Shown here in pieces: positions 40,015 to 48,477 of a DNA stretch of 64,000 nucleotides. Position 1 is the stretch's first letter. Each line of letters starts with the position of its first letter. The notes below the pieces were generated by a model. That model saw only the letters and a list, made by a program, of their open reading frames with translations. It was not told the origin of the DNA and did not search any database. Source of the stretch: Candidatus Sumerlaeia bacterium (GTDB lineage Bacteria; Sumerlaeota; Sumerlaeia; SLMS01; JANRJK01); assembly GCA_033764015.1 (NCBI GenBank), contig JANRJK010000023.1, forward strand, positions 64,001-128,000. Direction: 5' to 3'. Position numbers and translations under genes: made by a program.

Positions 40015-41794
40015 CGCCCGGCGGCGCCACGCTCCGCATCGGCGGGAAGATCAGGATCGAGTTCACCACCACCGGCTTCGCCCCGCGCGCATAGGTGCCG
40101 TAGGCCGCCTCGAACTCCGGCAGCAGCGCGAGGCTCACCAGCGTCGGCGCGTCCGCCCGCATCGGCCCCGCCTTCCTCGCGTAGACCGACGGCGGAAAAA
40201 GCGGGAACCCCTTCATGAAGAAGGTGAAGCGCTCCAGACCCGCGGCCTCGGGGCTAGCCATGCCGAAGTACAGCAGGTTCGCCTCGCGGTGGCCCTGCCG
40301 CGCCAGCTCGCGCGCCGCCTCCCCCAGGCTCTCCCCCCAGTCCACGTTGCTGTCGGACAGGATCGCGCGCGCGTTCTTCGGCGAATGGTTCACCAGCACG
40401 TTGAAGTACGTCGCCTGGAACGGGTGCGACACCAGCGCGCTGGTCGCCGCGATCGAGAGGATCAGCACCGCGAAGCCACGCCGCAGCCCCCCCGCGTTGG
40501 TGAACTTCCCGAGGATCATCCCGAGGATCACGCACCATGGGAAGTAGATGAACAGCACGTGCCGGTGCCCGATGTTCAGGCCCGAGGCGGCGACGATCGC
40601 GAACAGCAGCAGGAACGGCGCGACCAGCACGAACGCGCGCTCGCGCCGCCAGGTGCGCGCGTCCAGCATCCGCTTCCACACCAGCAACAGGCCGTGGAGC
40701 CCCCCCAGCAGGTAGATCACCGGCGTCTTCAGCAGCACCGTCACGAAATAGTATTGGGGATAGCCCTGGTCGGAGGACTGCCCGAGGAGGAACGAGCGGC
40801 GCTCGCCGACCATCCCCGCGGTGTTGATCGGCGCCAGCGCGGTCTCGGGCAGCAGCCGCGCCGCGCGGAGCCGGTCCGTCGCCCGCAGCAGCGCGCCGCG
40901 CGGCACCTCCGCGGGGGGCTGCGCGTAGGCCGCGGGGCGCTCCAGCAGCGGCTCGCGCCGGTCGCTCCGGAACTGGAACCCCGAACCCGCCCACGCCGCC
41001 GCGAAGCCGAACACCGCCAGCGCGCCCAGCGCCGCCGCGAGCGCCACGCCGTCCGGTCGCGGCGCCGCCGGCGTGCTGCCGTAGCGCTTCGGGCGCACGC
41101 GGTTCAGCAGCCAGATCGCCGCCAGCACCGCGAACTGCAGCACCGCGAACACCGCCACCGGCAGCTTCACCAGCGAGCCGATCCCCGCCGCTGCGCCGAA
41201 CAGCAGCAGCCGCGCCGTGGTGGGCCGCTTCCACCAGCGCCACGCCGCCAGCGAAACCGCCGCGCAACCCGCCAGCATCGGAACGTCGAACGTCGCGTAG
41301 CGCGCGTGGCCAAGGTACTCGGGATAGAAGAGCAGCAGCGAAAAGGCGAAGAATCCCGCGCGGCGCCCGCCGATTTCCGCCGCCCAGGCCCACGCCAGCA
41401 CGCCACCCAGCAGCCCGATCCCGATCGGGACCAGCCGCCCCAGCAGCAGCATCCGCGACGGGTCGGCGCCCGTGTGGTACAGCACGCGGTAGCCCCAGCT
41501 CCACTGGTCCCCCGCGCGCCACGACGCCACCTCCCCCGGGTCCGGCGGCGTTCCGCCGCCGAACAGCGCCATCGGCAGCGCGAAGAGCGTCTTCGCGAGC
41601 GGCGGGTGCTCCGGGTTGAAGCGCAGGTCGCCGTACTCCGCGATGGCGTAGCCCGAGCCGAGGTGCGGCACCTCGTCGATCGTGGCCGATAGACGCCGCG
41701 CGCCGTCCAGCGCCAGCAGCAGCCACACGAACGCCACCGCCGCGCCGGCGAGGTACTCCCACGCGATCCGCGCGCGGCGGCTACCGGCGCTCAA
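39965..41794 (-). CDS. GT-C (family 39-like) membrane glycosyltransferase
   Basis: ATIDEVPHL, NPEHPPLAK, NIGHRH and DSNVDWGE; multi-TM; TTG start overlaps the upstream stop. Confidence 0.85.
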   Translation of the reverse strand: MSAGSRRARIAWEYLAGAAVAFVWLLLALDGARRLSATIDEVPHLGSGYAIAEYGDLRFNPEHPPLAKTLFALPMALFGGGTPPDPGEVASWRAGDQWSWGYRVLYHTGADPSRMLLLGRLVPIGIGLLGGVLAWAWAAEIGGRRAGFFAFSLLLFYPEYLGHARYATFDVPMLAGCAAVSLAAWRWWKRPTTARLLLFGAAAGIGSLVKLPVAVFAVLQFAVLAAIWLLNRVRPKRYGSTPAAPRPDGVALAAALGALAVFGFAAAWAGSGFQFRSDRREPLLERPAAYAQPPAEVPRGALLRATDRLRAARLLPETALAPINTAGMVGERRSFLLGQSSDQGYPQYYFVTVLLKTPVIYLLGGLHGLLLVWKRMLDARTWRRERAFVLVAPFLLLFAIVAASGLNIGHRHVLFIYFPWCVILGMILGKFTNAGGLRRGFAVLILSIAATSALVSHPFQATYFNVLVNHSPKNARAILSDSNVDWGESLGEAARELARQGHREANLLYFGMASPEAAGLERFTFFMKGFPLFPPSVYARKAGPMRADAPTLVSLALLPEFEAAYGTYARGAKPVVVNSILIFPPMRSVAPPGASGAPPRLPSRRGTGP

Positions 41795-42726
41795 GGCCGC
41801 TCCCCGGAAAGCGCGCGGCGCAGCGTTTCGACCGTCATGGGCGAAAAGCCCTCGTAGTGGTTGTTGATGAAGCACTGCACCGGCACGCCCCGGGAAAGCG
41901 CGGCGCGGATCCGGTCCGCCCAGCGCTCCAGGTCCGCGCGGCGGTCGAAGAGCATCGAGCCGTACTCATGGTTCAGCGCGCCGGTCAGCACGTTGTACTT
42001 CGTCGACACGTCGCCGAGCAGGCGCAGGTAGATGAACGGTCCGGTCTCCTCGATGAGCAGCGGATCGCCCTCCGCCACGCCGCGCCGCGGGTCCAGGTAG
42101 GCATCGGTCCAGGCGCGCGTGGCGCCCAGTGCGCGCAGCATCGAATTCACCGGCGCCGTGTTCCACGATGCGTGGCGGAACTCGACCGCGACCGGGAACG
42201 CGCCGCCCAAGCCCTCGAGGAGGCGGCGCAGGTGGCGCTCCGACTTCGCCGCGGTCCATGGGCCGAGCTGCAGCAGCACCGCCGCCAGCCGGTCGCCGAA
42301 GAGGGGCAGCAGCTCCGTGAGGCCGAGCCAGTCCGCGCGCGCCGCGGCGTTGTCCAGGTCGAGCTGCGCGTCGTGCGTGAGCGACTTCGGCGCCTTCAGC
42401 GCGAAGCGGAAGCCGGGCGGCGTCTCCGCCAGCCAGCGCTGCACCGTCGGCTTCGCCGGCACGCGGTAGAAGCTGCCGTCGATTTCGACCGCGTTCGCGT
42501 ACTGCGCGTAGAACGCAAGCTCGCGCCGCGGCGACAGGCCCGCGGGGTAGAACTTGCCGCGCCAGTGCTGGTGCTGGAACGCGCAGGTGCCCGCGGCGAA
42601 GTTCGCGGGGAACGCCGCGCCGGGCGCGATGCCCGAGGGCGACGGCGGCGGGCCGGGGTCCGGTTCGAGCTCCGCGAAGAGGTCGAGCTGCGGGTCGCCG
42701 GGGCGGCGCTTGCGCGGTACGCTCAC
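41791..42726 (-). CDS. DUF72 (YecE-like) domain protein
   Basis: WRGKFYP, AVEIDGSFY, FALKAP, AVEFRHASW, YLRLLG and FINNHYEG. Confidence 0.9.
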   Translation of the reverse strand: MSVPRKRRPGDPQLDLFAELEPDPGPPPSPSGIAPGAAFPANFAAGTCAFQHQHWRGKFYPAGLSPRRELAFYAQYANAVEIDGSFYRVPAKPTVQRWLAETPPGFRFALKAPKSLTHDAQLDLDNAAARADWLGLTELLPLFGDRLAAVLLQLGPWTAAKSERHLRRLLEGLGGAFPVAVEFRHASWNTAPVNSMLRALGATRAWTDAYLDPRRGVAEGDPLLIEETGPFIYLRLLGDVSTKYNVLTGALNHEYGSMLFDRRADLERWADRIRAALSRGVPVQCFINNHYEGFSPMTVETLRRALSGERP

Positions 42727-43799
42727 CGGCGCGCCATCCGCGCCAGGATCTCCGCCGCCGCGTCCGCCACCGCCTCCGGCGCGAGGCCGCGGAGGCAGCC
42801 CAGGTGCTCCGGCTCCGCCAGCGGGCATCGCGTCTTCCAGCACGGCATGCACGCGAGCCCGCTCCGCGCCGCGACCACCGCGTTCTCCGGAGGCCACGGG
42901 CCGTTCCGCAAGGGATCACTCGCGCCGAACACCGCCACTGTCGGCACGTCCAGCAGCGCCGCGAGGTGTGTCGGCCCCGTGTCGCCGCCGACGAACAGAT
43001 CCAGCAGCGAAACCACCGCGGCCAGCTCGCGCAGCGTCGTCGGGGGCGCCGCGAAGCCCTCCGCCCCTTCGAGGCCGGCCAGGCACTCGTCGCGCCACGC
43101 CTCCTCCTTCGGCCCCCAGATGACGACGGGGCGGAGGCCGTGGCGCTCGCGCAGCAGGCGTCCGAGGGCGGCGAAGGCGGCGGGGGACCAGCGCTTGGTG
43201 GCCCAGCCGGCGCCGAGGTTGAGCCCCGCGAGCGGCTCGCCGCGCCAACCCGCCGCGCGGAGCGACTGCGCCGCCTTGTCGCGCTCCTCCGGCCGCAGGG
43301 GGAGCCGGCCGCGCGCATCGGGGGGGGGCTCGACGCCGAGCGCCCGCAGCAGCGCCAGGTTCTTGCGGACCACATGCGCCTCCTCCGGGCCCGGCGCGAC
43401 CCGGTCCGTGGCGAGCAGGCCGCTCATCTCGCGGGCCAGCGCGCCGGCGAAGGCGACGCGCCGCGGCGCGCCGCTCGCCCGCGCCGCCATCGCCGACTTC
43501 GCCAACCCCTGCAGGTCCAGCGCCGCATCCCAGCCGTCCGCCCGCACCCGGCGGAAGTACGGCACCACTTCCCCCCGGAAACTCCGCAGGAACGAGCGCC
43601 CGCGCCAGCGCTTGCGCGGGATCGCGTACAGCGTGTCGAGCTGCGGGTGGCCCTCGAGGAAGGGCGCGCTCGTCTCCTCCACCAGCCAGCCGATCCGCGC
43701 CTCCGGCAGCGCCCGCCGCAGCGCGTCGAGCACCGGCAGCGCGTGGAGCACGTCGCCGATGGCGCTAAGGCGGACGATCAGGATTCGTGGCGGTGTCAA
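42723..43799 (-). CDS. Glycosyltransferase family 9 (LPS heptosyltransferase I-like)
   Basis: ILIVRLSAIGDVLHALP, DLQGLAKS, TKRW and GDTGPTHLAA; the C-terminal part of ORF 42723-45128, TTG start inferred. Confidence 0.9.
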   Translation of the reverse strand: MTPPRILIVRLSAIGDVLHALPVLDALRRALPEARIGWLVEETSAPFLEGHPQLDTLYAIPRKRWRGRSFLRSFRGEVVPYFRRVRADGWDAALDLQGLAKSAMAARASGAPRRVAFAGALAREMSGLLATDRVAPGPEEAHVVRKNLALLRALGVEPPPDARGRLPLRPEERDKAAQSLRAAGWRGEPLAGLNLGAGWATKRWSPAAFAALGRLLRERHGLRPVVIWGPKEEAWRDECLAGLEGAEGFAAPPTTLRELAAVVSLLDLFVGGDTGPTHLAALLDVPTVAVFGASDPLRNGPWPPENAVVAARSGLACMPCWKTRCPLAEPEHLGCLRGLAPEAVADAAAEILARMARR

Positions 43800-43940
43800 C
43801 GGATTGGCCTCGGACTTGTTCGGAAAACCGCAGGTGGCTCCCAAGGAACAGGTTGAAACGTGCCGGGATGCCAAGCTAAGAGGTTGGCGCTGGCCGCGAT
43901 CCGTGGCGAGCGCAACATCAAGCCACAAAGGCGCCGTTGC

Positions 43941-45380
43941 ATGGGAATCTGGAAAAACGCCCCTCGGTCGGACCGGCGCCTCTTCGCGCTCTCGGTCGTC
44001 ATCCTCGCGCTCTCCATCGGCGTCCTCGGGGTCTCGAAGAACCGCGCCACCGCGAACTCCGCCGACGAGGAGTTCTACCGCTTCATGGACGTCGCGGCCG
44101 AGATCTACGTCAACATCCGCAACAAGTACGTCGAGGAGGTCGAGCCGAAGCAGGTGCTCGAGGCAGCCCTCCGCGGCATGACCTCCGTCCTCGACGAGCA
44201 CACCGTCTACATGCCGCCCGTCGCCCTCGAAGACCTCGAAAAGGACACCGGCAAGGAATACGGCGGCATCGGCATCCACATCACCCTCCGCCAGAACATC
44301 CTCACCGTCATGATGCCGATGCCCGGCAGCCCCGCCGCCCGCGCCGGCATCCAGCCCTGGGACCGCATCATCGAAATCGAAGGCGAAAGCACCGAGGGCT
44401 TCACCACCCGCGACGCGGTCGACCGCCTCACCGGACCGCCCAACACGAAGGTGAAGTTCAAGGTCTGGCGCCCGGGGCTCGACGAGCCGCAGGAAGTCGA
44501 GCTGACCCGCGAGGCGATCCGCATCGACTCGGTCCACCACAAGATGCTCGAGAACCAGGTCGGCTACATCCGCCTCTCGAAGTTCGCCGAGAACTCGACC
44601 GCCGACGTGCGCAAGGCCCTGACCGACCTCCGCGGCCAGGGGATGCAGGCGCTGATCCTCGACCTGCGCTTCAACACCGGCGGCCTCCTGCGCGAAGCGA
44701 TCGAGATCTCCGAGCTCTTCGTCCCCAAGAACGAACTCATCGTCTCCACCAAGGGCCGGAACCGGAACCAGAACCGCGAGTACACCTCCTCGAAGGAGCC
44801 GGTCGTCAACACGCCGGTCTTCGTGCTGGTGAACGGCGGCAGCGCCTCCGCGTCGGAGATCCTCGCCGGCGCGCTCCAGGACCACCACGTCGCGACGATC
44901 ATCGGCCCCGCCGGCCGCAACACCTTCGGCAAGGGCTCCGTCCAGACCATCGAGAACCTCAGCACCTCCCTCGAGGAGGACAAGGAGGGCAACGCGCGGA
45001 CCAGCGCGCTCAAGCTCACCACCGCCCGCTACTACACCCCCTCCGGACGCACGATCCACGAAATCGGCATCACGCCCGACATCGGCATCCCGATCCCGGA
45101 GGACCACGAAAGCCACCTCCTCGAGCACGGCCTCCTCGGCGATCCGCCCAGCCCGGCCCGCCTCGAAGCGGAGGGCGCCGCGCCCGTCGTCCCGGAAGGC
45201 CAGCCCTTCTACGAATCCGCCCAGACGCCCCGCTTCCGCGAGGACAACTTCACCGACATCATGCTAGACGAAGCGCTCGAGATGATGAACCAGTACCTCG
45301 AACTGCTCCCGCAGCTCGACCCGAAGGAGCGCGCGCCGATCTTCGCCACCACCGGCGAACGCGCCGACGCCGCCAAGTAA
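43941..45380 (+). CDS. S41 family carboxyl-terminal processing protease (CtpA-like)
   Basis: PDZ GGIGI, LDLRFNTGG, catalytic SASASEI, FGKGSVQ and TTARYYTPSG. Confidence 0.95.
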   Translation: MGIWKNAPRSDRRLFALSVVILALSIGVLGVSKNRATANSADEEFYRFMDVAAEIYVNIRNKYVEEVEPKQVLEAALRGMTSVLDEHTVYMPPVALEDLEKDTGKEYGGIGIHITLRQNILTVMMPMPGSPAARAGIQPWDRIIEIEGESTEGFTTRDAVDRLTGPPNTKVKFKVWRPGLDEPQEVELTREAIRIDSVHHKMLENQVGYIRLSKFAENSTADVRKALTDLRGQGMQALILDLRFNTGGLLREAIEISELFVPKNELIVSTKGRNRNQNREYTSSKEPVVNTPVFVLVNGGSASASEILAGALQDHHVATIIGPAGRNTFGKGSVQTIENLSTSLEEDKEGNARTSALKLTTARYYTPSGRTIHEIGITPDIGIPIPEDHESHLLEHGLLGDPPSPARLEAEGAAPVVPEGQPFYESAQTPRFREDNFTDIMLDEALEMMNQYLELLPQLDPKERAPIFATTGERADAAK

Positions 45381-45413
45381 CCGCGCGCCCAGGCGCGACC
45401 CGCAGGCAGGCAC

Positions 45414-45441
45414 GCGGCGCCCCCGGCAACGGGGGCGCCGC
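45414..45441. terminator. GC-rich hairpin after the S41 protease gene
   Basis: gcggcgcccccg-GCAA-cgggggcgccgc; no clear U-tract. Confidence 0.45.
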
Positions 45442-45531
45442 TCCGTTGGGGCCGCCCCTGAATCCCTTTGCGTTCCCCGCCCCGCCGGCCTAGCTGTTCA
45501 GGATATTGAACGCCACGCCCGGAGACGCCCC

Positions 45532-46674
45532 GTGAGCCAGCTCCTCCACTACGCCGAGACACTCATGCGCACCCCCACCGCCGCCTACCGCGAGCACTGG
45601 GTCGCCGCCCACATCGACCGCTTCCTCGCGGAGATGCCCGGACGCAAGGAGCTGCGCACCGACCGCTTCGGCAACCGCTGGATCCGCATCCGCCGCGGCG
45701 AACCCCGCTTCGCCCCCGTCGCCCTCGTCGCCCACATGGACCACCCCTCCTTCCTCGTCCACGGCGTCGAGGACGGCGGACGCCGCGTGGTCGGCATCTT
45801 CGAGGGCGGCGTCAACGACCCCTACTTCCTCGGCACCCGGGCGCGCCTCTACCGCTCCGCCCAGGACGAAGGCGTCGGCGCCACCGTCGTCCAGGCCGGC
45901 CTCAAGACCGGCGGCGCCGAAGGCACCCGCCCCGTCATCCTCGAAGCCGACAGCGACGCCACCGGCGCCGTCCTCGGCATGTGGGACCTCCCCGCCTTCG
46001 AACTCCGCGACGGCATGGTCCGCAGCCGCGCCATCGACGACCTCGGAGGCTGCGCCATGATCCTGGAAGCGCTCCGCCGCGCCGCCCTCCACAACGGCGA
46101 CGTCGACCTCATCGGCCTCTTCACCCGCGCCGAGGAGGTCGGCTTCCGCGGCGCCCTCGCCCTCGCCCGCTCCCCCGAGCGCCACCAGTACCTCCCCGCC
46201 GACGCCTGGGTGGTCTCCGTCGAAACCTCCTCCGCCCGCCCCACCACCCCCATCGGCGGCGGCGCCGTCCTCCGCGTCGGCGACCGCTCCTCGATCTTCG
46301 CCCCCGAAGTCTCCGCCGCCCTCCGCGACGTCTCCGACGAACTCGCCGCCACCACCGGCCACCGCGGCCTCCGCCGCGCCCTCATGGACGGCGGCACCTG
46401 CGAGGCCACCGCCTTCGTCGCCTACGGCTGGCGCGCCGGCGGCGTCTGCGTCCCCCTCGGCAACTACCACAACATGAACGTCGAAACCGCCCGCATCGAC
46501 TCCGAATACGTCGCCGCGCAGGACATGGAGGACCTCGCCGCCGTCATGGCCCGCCTCGGCTGCGGCGGAGCCCTCGCCGCCGACGGCAAAGGCGCCGCCG
46601 CCAAACTCCTCGAACGCCTCGAAGGCCTCGCGGACGAGGCCGAGCCCAAGCTGCTGGCGACCGCGGGGGGTTGA
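45532..46674 (+). CDS. M42/M28-family metallopeptidase
   Basis: DRFGN, AHMDH, RAIDDLGG, AEEVGFRGA, GGTCEA and NYHN. Confidence 0.85.
   Translation: MSQLLHYAETLMRTPTAAYREHWVAAHIDRFLAEMPGRKELRTDRFGNRWIRIRRGEPRFAPVALVAHMDHPSFLVHGVEDGGRRVVGIFEGGVNDPYFLGTRARLYRSAQDEGVGATVVQAGLKTGGAEGTRPVILEADSDATGAVLGMWDLPAFELRDGMVRSRAIDDLGGCAMILEALRRAALHNGDVDLIGLFTRAEEVGFRGALALARSPERHQYLPADAWVVSVETSSARPTTPIGGGAVLRVGDRSSIFAPEVSAALRDVSDELAATTGHRGLRRALMDGGTCEATAFVAYGWRAGGVCVPLGNYHNMNVETARIDSEYVAAQDMEDLAAVMARLGCGGALAADGKGAAAKLLERLEGLADEAEPKLLATAGG
46622..46674 (+). repeat. Direct repeat copy 1 (last ~17 codons of the peptidase gene)
   Basis: 50/53 identical to 47203-47255. Confidence 0.95.
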
Positions 46675-46728
46675 CAGGAGATTCTCCGCAGCCCAGTGTC
46701 CGCCCAGACCAACCGCGAGGCGCGACCG

Positions 46729-46947
46729 ATGCGGACCTATCAAGCAAGCGTGTGGAAGGAAGGCGCCCTTTTCGTCGCCCAGTGCCTCGATGTCGACGTC
46801 GCCAGCCAAGGCTCGACCGCCGACGACGCGCTCGCGAACCTGCGCGAAGCCGTCGAGCTGTTCCTCGAAACCGCGTCCCCGCAGGAAGTCCAGGAGCGGC
46901 TACGAGAGGGAGTGACGGTGGCGCCCTTCGAGGTAGCCATTGGGTAG
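46729..46947 (+). CDS. hicB: HicB-family antitoxin (short form without DNA-binding domain)
   Basis: VAQCLDVDVASQGSTADDALANLREAVELF; 72 aa; overlaps hicA. Confidence 0.88.
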   Translation: MRTYQASVWKEGALFVAQCLDVDVASQGSTADDALANLREAVELFLETASPQEVQERLREGVTVAPFEVAIG

Positions 46948-47161
46948 GCTGCGCGTCCTCCCCGGCCGCGAGGTCTGCGCGATCCTCGAAGCCCACGGAT
47001 TTTCCCAAGCCCGCCAGCGCGGCAGCCACATCGTTATGCAGGCCGAAGTAGCAGGCACCACCCGGACCGTCCCCGTCCCCGACCACCGGGAACTGGCGCC
47101 GGGGACCCTGCTGGCAATCATCCGACAGAGCGGCGTCCCCCGTTCCGCGTTCGAAGTGTGA
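46940..47161 (+). CDS. hicA: HicA-family mRNA interferase toxin
   Basis: GREVCAILEAHGF, RQRGSH (catalytic His), VPVPDH and GTLLAIIRQ. Confidence 0.9.
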   Translation: MGRLRVLPGREVCAILEAHGFSQARQRGSHIVMQAEVAGTTRTVPVPDHRELAPGTLLAIIRQSGVPRSAFEV

Positions 47162-47202
47162 GGATGGGAGGCACACGCCTCGATGCATCATCACCGCACG
47201 TA

Positions 47203-47255
47203 AAGGCCTCGCGGACGAAGCCGAGCCCAAGCTGCTGGCGACCGCGGGGGTTTAA
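47203..47255 (+). repeat. Direct repeat copy 2 (orphan peptidase 3' end)
   Basis: aaggcctcgcggacgaagccgagcccaagctgctggcgaccgcgggggtttaa; same frame and same stop position as copy 1. Confidence 0.95.
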
Positions 47256-47283
47256 GGGCGCGCCCGCGCGATCCGGAACAGGA

Positions 47284-47383
47284 TCCCGCGCGAGGACGCG
47301 AAACCGCGAAGAAGGTACTTAAAGAGGACGCGTCCTTCCGCTCGGAGCGCGGCCGCCTCGCGTCTTCGCGCCCTCGCGTGGGA
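47284..47383. repeat. REP-like imperfect inverted repeat with 8-nt internal periodicity
   Basis: tcccgcgcgaggacgcgaaaccgcgaag (47284-47311) pairs with cctcgcgtcttcgcgccctcgcgtggga (47356-47383) at 23/28 positions. Confidence 0.6.
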
Positions 47384-47489
47384 AAGTGATTGTCGGAGCG
47401 CGTGGGGGCGGAGAAGATAGAACGCGTGTGCTGGGGAACCGAGGAATGCTGAGTGCTAAACGAGATGCTGCCCACACGGAGATGCTGTG

Positions 47490-48296
47490 ATGGCGGGAAT
47501 CAAGAGAGGCGCTGCTGCTGGCGCCAACAAGGGAAGTGGCAAGAACGGCCACGAGATCGCCTGTTTGGCATCTCGACGCCTCTGCGAATTGTTCGGAGAG
47601 CGGCTTCGGATGTTAGCGCTTGAAGTACAGAGAACGCCGACTTCAACTTGGTGCGGACACTCTCTAGTGGATGCAACCAAACCCATTGCTTGGGTGAACC
47701 ATACAAAGAGAAAGGGATCTATCACCGTTTGGATCAGGCGGTCTGCCTCCGATCCCATGCGTTTAGGGGGATCAACTCTGCCGTTCAAGACAAGAAGTAC
47801 GGAGTACAAGGGGCCATTTCAGTGGTATGGCCACCATGTCCAGATTGCCAGTATTTGGCAACTCGACGAGTTGTTCGAAGTCATGATCGGTAATGATGTG
47901 TGTGGAGCATTTTTGGATCGAGTTGAATCGGACCCCGCTACGCTGATGTACCCTGAAGAGCTGCCTGATACAGAAGAGTACCGCGAGGGGATAGGAAAGC
48001 GCGTACTGGTCAATCGGTACGAGCGAAGTTCGTCCGCACGTCAGGCCTGCTTGAAGCACTTTGGCCCCTTGTGTGTCGTCTGTGGAATGAGTTTCGGGGA
48101 GGTGTATGGGCCTGAGTTTTCCGGGATAATGCATGTACACCACCTTAACCCAAGATGTGGCGCCAGCGGTGATGTGATGGTGAGCCCCATTGATGACCTT
48201 CGGCCTGTATGTCCGAATTGCCACACTGTGATTCACAGCCGCCAGCCTTGCTACTCTATCGAGGAAGTGCGCTCAATTCTGAACAAGAACAAGTAG
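47490..48296 (+). CDS. McrA-like HNH endonuclease with an unrecognised N-terminal domain
   Basis: EG..VLVNRYERSSSAR, CVVCG, HVHHLNP and PVCPNCHTVIH; markedly lower GC than flanks; start uncertain. Confidence 0.88.
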   Translation: MAGIKRGAAAGANKGSGKNGHEIACLASRRLCELFGERLRMLALEVQRTPTSTWCGHSLVDATKPIAWVNHTKRKGSITVWIRRSASDPMRLGGSTLPFKTRSTEYKGPFQWYGHHVQIASIWQLDELFEVMIGNDVCGAFLDRVESDPATLMYPEELPDTEEYREGIGKRVLVNRYERSSSARQACLKHFGPLCVVCGMSFGEVYGPEFSGIMHVHHLNPRCGASGDVMVSPIDDLRPVCPNCHTVIHSRQPCYSIEEVRSILNKNK

Positions 48297-48477
48297 TAGT
48301 CATTCGTCCATTCCCTTCGAGATGGTCTCCAAGACTTCTGACTGGGAATGCACGACGATTCTGCACCAAAGGCAGATTATGGCCCACCAACATCATTGAA
48401 GGGCGCGGTTAGGTGGCGAGTTACACGAGAGCACCGAAAGCACAATTTGTGAAATCCAAAACCCCTAGAATCGCCCC

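Noticed and set aside
48384..48426. Possible integron attC site (GTTAGGT core downstream of the HNH gene)
   Set aside because: The partner does not fit RYYYAAC, the hairpin is far shorter than known attC sites, and there is no integrase or second site.
48462..48476. Possible fourth gene-end duplication (cctaga..atcg resembling the Gfo/Idh/MocA gene end at 50484-50495)
   Set aside because: Only a 6-nt exact match plus a gapped 4-mer; not distinguishable from chance.
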